A stretch of 11,611 nucleotides of DNA from Sulfurihydrogenibium sp. (GTDB lineage Bacteria > Aquificota > Aquificia > Aquificales > Hydrogenothermaceae): the NCBI GenBank assembly GCA_037442825.1, contig JBBIPN010000042.1, forward strand, positions 1 through 11,611, given 5' to 3'. The position numbers and the translations under genes were made by a program. A model generated the notes under the pieces. It saw only the letters and a list, made by a program, of their open reading frames with translations, had not been told where the DNA came from and ran no database searches. Every line of letters begins with the position of its first letter. Position 1 is the first letter of the stretch. Shown here in pieces: positions 6,870-11,611 of this stretch.

Positions 6870-8096
6870 TCAAGATTTATCAAGTAATATAAATTTTAAT
6901 TTATCCCCTTTGTTTAGTTTTTCTACATCTTTTTCAACAATTGCGAGTGCGTTTGTATTTACCATACTTGTTATTATATTTGACCCTTGTTTTCCAAATG
7001 GTTCAATATAAAAATTACCGCTTTCATAGTTTACATTTACTCTTATAAACTCTGTTCTGTCTGCATTTTTTCTACTGTAATCTTCTTTTAGTGTTCCCTC
7101 GAATATCTGATTGTATGGGTTAGTATATCCCATCATCTTTCTTAAACATGGTTTAACAAAAATTTCAAAAATAACCATACTTGCTACTGGATTTCCTGGT
7201 ATTCCAAAGAATATTTTTTCTCCTTCTTCTCCCCATGTACCAAAAGCAACTGGTTTACCTGGTTTTATAGCTACTTTCCAAAAGTGTATATTTACCTTTA
7301 ACTGTTCTACTACAAAGTCTTTTACTAAATCATACTCTCCAACTGACATACCACCCGAAGTTAAAACTACATCACAGCTTTTAGCCCATCTTAATTTTTC
7401 TCTTATATCTTCTGGATTATCTTTAGCAAATCCAATAATGACAGGTTTAGCCCCTGTTTCTAAAACTTGAGTGTAGAGTGAGTAAGTGTTTGATGTTCTT
7501 ATCTGTGATTGTTTTGTTATAGGTTCTGCAATATCAAGAATTTCATCACCTGTTGTTATAATTGCTACTTTTGGAACCTGTTTTACATATAAGTTTGGTT
7601 TATTTACAGAGGCAATTATTCCTATCTCATAGGATCTTAGTTTTTTACCTTTTTTTATTAGTATTTCTCCTGCTTTGTAATCGCCGCCTTTTGGCCTTAT
7701 ATTAGCACCTTTTTTTAGCTCTTTTAATATATAAACTGTATCACCTTCTACTTTTGTAAGTTCTTTTTGTATTACTGTATCTGCACTTTCTGGTATCAAT
7801 GCACCAGTGTATATTGGCATTCCTTGACCATTTTCAATTTTTGTTGGCATGTCACCAGCTTTACTTTCTCCTACTATCTTTAAAGGGATAGGATTATTTT
7901 CACTTGCTCCTTTTATGTCTTCATATTTTATAGCAAACCCATCCATTCCACTGTTGTCTGCTGGTGGGTTGTCTCTGTCTGCTATTATATCTTCTGCTAA
8001 AATTCTATTTAATGCATCTGTTATAAAAACTTTTTCATTTCCTAATGTTTTTGTTTTTTCTATAACTATACTTAAAGCTTTTTCATATGTTATCAT
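6870..8096 (-). CDS. moeA: Molybdopterin molybdotransferase MoeA (gephyrin-like Glp)
   Basis: PPADNSGMDGFA, TGALIP..ADTV, TTGDE, SGGMSVG.YD, IKPGKP and GIPGNPVAS. RBS AGGAGG upstream. Confidence 0.97.
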   Translation of the reverse strand: MITYEKALSIVIEKTKTLGNEKVFITDALNRILAEDIIADRDNPPADNSGMDGFAIKYEDIKGASENNPIPLKIVGESKAGDMPTKIENGQGMPIYTGALIPESADTVIQKELTKVEGDTVYILKELKKGANIRPKGGDYKAGEILIKKGKKLRSYEIGIIASVNKPNLYVKQVPKVAIITTGDEILDIAEPITKQSQIRTSNTYSLYTQVLETGAKPVIIGFAKDNPEDIREKLRWAKSCDVVLTSGGMSVGEYDLVKDFVVEQLKVNIHFWKVAIKPGKPVAFGTWGEEGEKIFFGIPGNPVASMVIFEIFVKPCLRKMMGYTNPYNQIFEGTLKEDYSRKNADRTEFIRVNVNYESGNFYIEPFGKQGSNIITSMVNTNALAIVEKDVEKLNKGDKLKFILLDKS

Positions 8097-8107
8097 CTAA
8101 AACCTCC

Positions 8108-9688
8108 TTATATTTCTTGAATTGCTATTACATCTAATCCTTTTTCTTTGTAGGATTTTATCGCTAATACAGCTGCTTTTGCTCCTCTTATAGTTGTAAA
8201 GTATGGTGTTTTTGTTGATACTGCTGCCCTTCTTATAAAGTAAGCATCAGATCTTTCTCTTTTTCCTGAAGGTGTGTTTATTACGATTGCTATCTCATTA
8301 TTTTTTATCCTATCTACTATGTTTGGTCTTTCTTCTGATAGTTTATTTACTAAAATTGTTTGTATACCATTTGATTTTAAGTAATTGTATGTACCAGTTG
8401 TAGCATATATTCTAAAACCAAGTTCTAATAAATCTTTAGCTATCTCTAATATACTTGGTTTATCTTTGTCTGCTACTGAGATAAATACATTACCTTCTTG
8501 TGGAAGTATCTGTCCTGCAGATGCTTGAGCTTTCCAAAAAGCAAGTCCAAAGTCTTTATCTATGCCCATAACTTCACCTGTGCTTTTCATCTCTGGACCA
8601 AGCAATGGGTCAACTTCTGGAAATCTATTCCAAGGAAATACGACCTCTTTAATAGCATAATAGTTGAAGTTTTTTGTATGAAAATCTGTAGCTGGATGTG
8701 ATTCTTTTATTTCAAAAACTTCTGGGACAATCTCCCTTAACTTTTTTCCTACCATTACTTTTGATGCTAATTTTGCAAGTGGATAACCTATAGCTTTACT
8801 TACAAATGGTACTGTTCTTGATGCTCTTGGATTTGCTTCTATTATGTATATTTCACCGTCTTTTATCGCATACTGTATATTTATTAATCCAATAGTATTT
8901 AAAGCTTTTGCCAGTTTTTTTGATTGCTCTTTTATTTTTATCACTATATCGTCAGGTAATGTGTAATGTGGTATACAGGTTCCGCTGTCTCCAGAGTGTA
9001 TTCCAGCCTCTTCTATATGTTCCATAACGGCGCCTACAAGTACATCTTCACCATCAGATACACAATCAACATCTACTTCTATACTACCATCTAAAAATTT
9101 ATCTATTAAAAGTGGTTTATCTTCTGTAACACTGACAGCCTCTTCTATATATCTTAAAAGTTCATCTGTATCATAAACAAGCCTCATTGCTCTTCCACCA
9201 AGTACATAAGAAGGTCTTACTAATACTGGATAACCAATTTTTTCAGCTATATTTATAGCTTCTTCTTTTGATTTTGCTATGCCACTTTCTGGTTGTTTTA
9301 ATCTAAGTCTTATAATAAGGTCTCTAAATCTTTCTCTATCTTCTGCTATGTCTATGCTTTCTGGTGAAGTTCCTAATATAGGTATATTTAAAGCTTCAAG
9401 TGGTTTTGCAAGTTTTAATGGTGTTTGTCCACCAAATTGAACAACTACACCATAAGGGTTTTCTTTCTTTATAATGTTGAGTACATCTTCAAGTACTATT
9501 GGTTCAAAATATAACTTGTCTGATGTATCATAGTCTGTAGAAACAGTTTCAGGATTACAGTTTACCATTATAGCTTTATAACCTTCTTCTCTTAATGACC
9601 AAACACAGTGTACACAAGCATAATCAAACTCAATACCTTGGCCTATTCTATTTGGTCCACTTCCAAGTATTATAACTTTCTTCTTCAT
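8108..9688 (-). CDS. carB: Carbamoyl-phosphate synthase large subunit, C-terminal half (split CarB, CarB2/CPS.B)
   Basis: Begins KKVIILGSGPNRIGQGIEFDY (second ATP-grasp unit), then NCNPETVSTDYD, RPSYVLGGRAM, GPEMKSTGEVMG and a C-terminal MGS-like domain. 526 aa with its own RBS (GGAGG). Confidence 0.96.
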   Translation of the reverse strand: MKKKVIILGSGPNRIGQGIEFDYACVHCVWSLREEGYKAIMVNCNPETVSTDYDTSDKLYFEPIVLEDVLNIIKKENPYGVVVQFGGQTPLKLAKPLEALNIPILGTSPESIDIAEDRERFRDLIIRLRLKQPESGIAKSKEEAINIAEKIGYPVLVRPSYVLGGRAMRLVYDTDELLRYIEEAVSVTEDKPLLIDKFLDGSIEVDVDCVSDGEDVLVGAVMEHIEEAGIHSGDSGTCIPHYTLPDDIVIKIKEQSKKLAKALNTIGLINIQYAIKDGEIYIIEANPRASRTVPFVSKAIGYPLAKLASKVMVGKKLREIVPEVFEIKESHPATDFHTKNFNYYAIKEVVFPWNRFPEVDPLLGPEMKSTGEVMGIDKDFGLAFWKAQASAGQILPQEGNVFISVADKDKPSILEIAKDLLELGFRIYATTGTYNYLKSNGIQTILVNKLSEERPNIVDRIKNNEIAIVINTPSGKRERSDAYFIRRAAVSTKTPYFTTIRGAKAAVLAIKSYKEKGLDVIAIQEI

Positions 9689-10248
9689 AGTTCCTCCATC
9701 TTTTTGAAATCTTCAATAAGTTCTTTCATATGTGTAAATCTATGGTTTCCTCCTGGGTACATAACTACGTGGAAACCTTTAAAATAAGCTGCTGTTTTTT
9801 TACTATCTAAAAGTTTATCTTCTTCATCAAGGTATATATACACAGTACTTTTTAATTTCTCTAAATCTTTTACATAGAAATTTTTTAAGCTTTCTAAGTT
9901 TTCTTTTAAAAAGTAATATTCTTCACCTGTTTTAAAGTTTTTTTGTGGCCCTACCTGGTTTTTTAGGGAATCATAAGGGTCTATAGAAGGATTTATAATT
10001 ACAGATTTAACATTAAACTTATCTGATAGATACAAAGCATAAAATCCACCTAAGGAGGTTCCAAAAATATAAAGTTTATCTTTTTCTTTTATAGCTTGAG
10101 TTAAAAATTCAAGTAGTTTAATAGCTTTTTCTGGGTTGTAAGGAAGTGTTGGAGTTATAACATTTTCATCACCAAAGAATTCTTTAAGATAGTTTATTTT
10201 ATCTCCATAACCTGCTGAGTTAAAACCGTGAATGTATAGTATCTTCAT
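9685..10248 (-). CDS. YqiA/YcfP (UPF0227) family alpha/beta hydrolase (esterase)
   Basis: LYIHGFNS, GTSLGG nucleophile elbow, INP and GGNHRF catalytic His. Confidence 0.92.
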   Translation of the reverse strand: MKILYIHGFNSAGYGDKINYLKEFFGDENVITPTLPYNPEKAIKLLEFLTQAIKEKDKLYIFGTSLGGFYALYLSDKFNVKSVIINPSIDPYDSLKNQVGPQKNFKTGEEYYFLKENLESLKNFYVKDLEKLKSTVYIYLDEEDKLLDSKKTAAYFKGFHVVMYPGGNHRFTHMKELIEDFKKMEEL

Positions 10249-10249
10249 T

Positions 10250-10804
10250 CTATACCTCTAAAAAATATCTTATACTTGCAACACCATAAACACCTGTATC
10301 TAGCACAGATTGAATGTTTTTTTTGTTTATTCCTCCAAGGGCATAAACAGGTATTGAAATATTATTAACAATCTCTTTTAGTTTTTCAATGCCAATAGGC
10401 GTTTGTTTACCTTCTACATAAAAGATGGGAGAGATAAAGACATAGTCTGCATTATCTTCTTGAGCTTTTAAACAACATTCTAAACTATGGCACGATTTCC
10501 CAACTATTAAATGTGGATACTTCTTTTTAACTGTATAAAGGGGAATACTTTTTTCTGGTAAATGGACACCATCTAAATTTAAAAGTAAAGCTATGTCAAC
10601 TCTTGAATTGATTATTATTTTAGCATCATAACCAGAAGATATTTTTAATACTTCTTCTGTAAGATTGAAAAGTTCATCATCTGATAAATCTTTTTCTCTT
10701 ATTTGAATGATTCTAATTCCTTTATCTAAAACTTCTTTTACAGTGTCAAAAAAAGGCCTTTTAAACGTTTTCCTATCTGTTATGAAGTAAAACCTGTGAA
10801 GCAT
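10250..10804 (-). CDS. Thiamine phosphate synthase/TenI family TIM-barrel protein (atypical active site)
   Basis: YFITD, QIREKD, INSRVDIA, GVHLP, GKSCHS and PVYALGGI identify the TMP-TENI family, but key ThiE residues differ. Confidence 0.88.
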   Translation of the reverse strand: MLHRFYFITDRKTFKRPFFDTVKEVLDKGIRIIQIREKDLSDDELFNLTEEVLKISSGYDAKIIINSRVDIALLLNLDGVHLPEKSIPLYTVKKKYPHLIVGKSCHSLECCLKAQEDNADYVFISPIFYVEGKQTPIGIEKLKEIVNNISIPVYALGGINKKNIQSVLDTGVYGVASIRYFLEV

Positions 10805-10809
10805 AAATC

Positions 10810-10905
10810 TTAATCTCTATCTAAATATACAAAAATTCCAAATAGAATAAACGTAAATATAACCATACCGAGAATAATGATAGGAAACCAAGTTCCAACG
10901 TCCAT
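10810..10905 (-). CDS. Unannotated 31-aa single-pass membrane protein
   Basis: MDVGTWFPIIILGMVIFTFILFGIFVYLDRD*. RBS GAGGT (10913-10917) is 7 nt before the ATG, an extended -10 lies upstream, and the stop is 5 bp before the thiE-like ATG. Confidence 0.75.
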   Translation of the reverse strand: MDVGTWFPIIILGMVIFTFILFGIFVYLDRD

Positions 10906-10934
10906 AAAAATTACCTCAAATAGTATTATCTAAA

Positions 10935-10943
10935 ATTTTACCA
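10935..10943 (-). promoter_or_regulatory. Putative extended -10 sigma70 promoter for the small ORF-thiE-yqiA-carB2-moeA-M48 operon
   Basis: TG-g-TAAAAT on the minus strand, about 30 bp upstream of the ATG at 10905. Confidence 0.5.
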
Positions 10944-10964
10944 TATTCTCAGATATTTAAAAAT

Positions 10965-11003
10965 TGATAAATTTTTGACCATAAGTGATAAATTTTTGAC
11001 CAT
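10965..11003. repeat. Two identical 18-bp direct repeats, each an imperfect palindrome (putative enhancer/UAS)
   Basis: TGATAAATTTTTGACCAT at 10965-10982 and 10986-11003, a 21-bp period. Confidence 0.8.
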
Positions 11004-11041
11004 TTTAAGACATCAAATATTGAAAATAAAGGCTTTTCCAA

Positions 11042-11058
11042 TTGGCACAAAAATTGAA
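11042..11058 (+). promoter_or_regulatory. Sigma-54 (RpoN) -24/-12 promoter
   Basis: TTGGCAC-AAAAA-TTGAA versus consensus YTGGCACGNNNNTTGCW. GG-N10-G spacing is correct, but -12 is GA instead of GC. Confidence 0.7.
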
Positions 11059-11098
11059 TAATAAAAGATTAGCAAATTAAATTTAAAAGGAGGTTTTC

Positions 11099-11611
11099 AT
11101 GAAAAAGAAAGTTTCAACACTAACAGCAGCAGGTTTGTTTTCTCTGCTTATGGTCTCAGGAGGTCAGGAAGCTCAAGCGGTAAAACTACAAGATGCTAAC
11201 ATTGATTTTGGCATCCAGTACAGAGTAATGTATAACAACTCTAGCATTGCATCACAAAACAGTTACGACTTCTTTAGACAAAGATTAAGATTTAATTTTG
11301 ATGTAAAGTCTGAAAGTGGTGTAGGTGGATTCGTTCAACTTGAATACAGAGGAGGATGGGGTGGTGCATCACCTGATGCATCTGATTCAAGAGATGCATA
11401 TGCAGCAAGTGCATTTAACCGTCTACAAGCGAGGGGTGTAAGGTATGGATATCTCTACTTCCCAGCTGGTCCAGGAACAGTACTTGCTGGTATTCTTCCA
11501 GCTAATGATGAAGTAGATCAAATGCTATTTTCTGCAGATTGGGATTTAAATATAGGTGGTATCGCATATGCTGGAAAAGTGGGAGAAGTTGGTTTTAGAA
11601 CTGCTTATGTT
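11099..11611 (+). CDS. Outer-membrane beta-barrel/porin-like protein (3' end runs off the window)
   Basis: Not in the ORF track. 171 open codons after RBS AAGGAGG: MKKKVSTLTAAGLFSLLMVSGGQEAQA/VKLQDANIDFGIQYRVMYNN...DFFRQRLRFNFDVKSESGVGGFVQLEYRGGWGG...VRYGYLYF. Signal peptide with an AQA cleavage site, followed by amphipathic aromatic-rich beta-strands. Confidence 0.8.
   Translation, partial: MKKKVSTLTAAGLFSLLMVSGGQEAQAVKLQDANIDFGIQYRVMYNNSSIASQNSYDFFRQRLRFNFDVKSESGVGGFVQLEYRGGWGGASPDASDSRDAYAASAFNRLQARGVRYGYLYFPAGPGTVLAGILPANDEVDQMLFSADWDLNIGGIAYAGKVGEVGFRTAYV

Noticed and set aside
7111..8100. 119-aa and 83-aa plus-strand ORFs
   Set aside because: Antisense shadows of moeA.
8498..8701. 67-aa Cys/Trp-rich plus-strand ORF
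   Set aside because: Lies antisense within carB2 and has no independent expression signals.
8108..9688. carB as a truncated pseudogene
   Set aside because: It starts cleanly at the domain boundary with an RBS and intact motifs, and split carB is established in Aquificota.
10927..10944. Third degenerate copy of the 18-bp repeat
   Set aside because: It is out of the 21-bp phase and better explained as the minus-strand extended -10.
10805..10960. TPP riboswitch upstream of the thiE-like gene
   Set aside because: No GC-rich TPP aptamer structure is evident, and most of the space is occupied by the 31-aa ORF and its promoter.
11011..11023. IHF site between the UAS and the sigma-54 promoter (CATCAAATATTGA)
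   Set aside because: The position is plausible and it shares ATCAAATATT with the origin site, but two consensus mismatches in AT-rich DNA make it too weak to call.

Overview
Very AT-rich bacterial chromosomal window. The stand-alone C-terminal carB half and the gene set point to Aquificota, probably Hydrogenothermaceae (inference). Left to right: partial queA and a DUF2905 gene (-); an 87-aa hypothetical coupled to ychF (+); a minus-strand operon of a PDO-like thioredoxin, dxr and a LysR regulator; a 581-bp intergenic region; a minus-strand operon of an unannotated 31-aa membrane peptide, a ThiE/TenI-like protein, a YqiA esterase, carB2, moeA and an M48-TPR lipoprotein; and a partial porin-like gene (+). 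The main finding is that the intergenic region 5003..5583 looks like the chromosomal replication origin, with no dnaA, dnaN or gidA in the window. It has an AT-rich element with DnaA-trios, an exact IHF consensus and about 18 variant DnaA boxes in three arrays phased at 11 bp with alternating orientation. The porin-like gene lies behind a sigma-54-type promoter with two identical 18-bp enhancer-like sites. No mobile elements, CRISPR arrays or RNA genes were seen.
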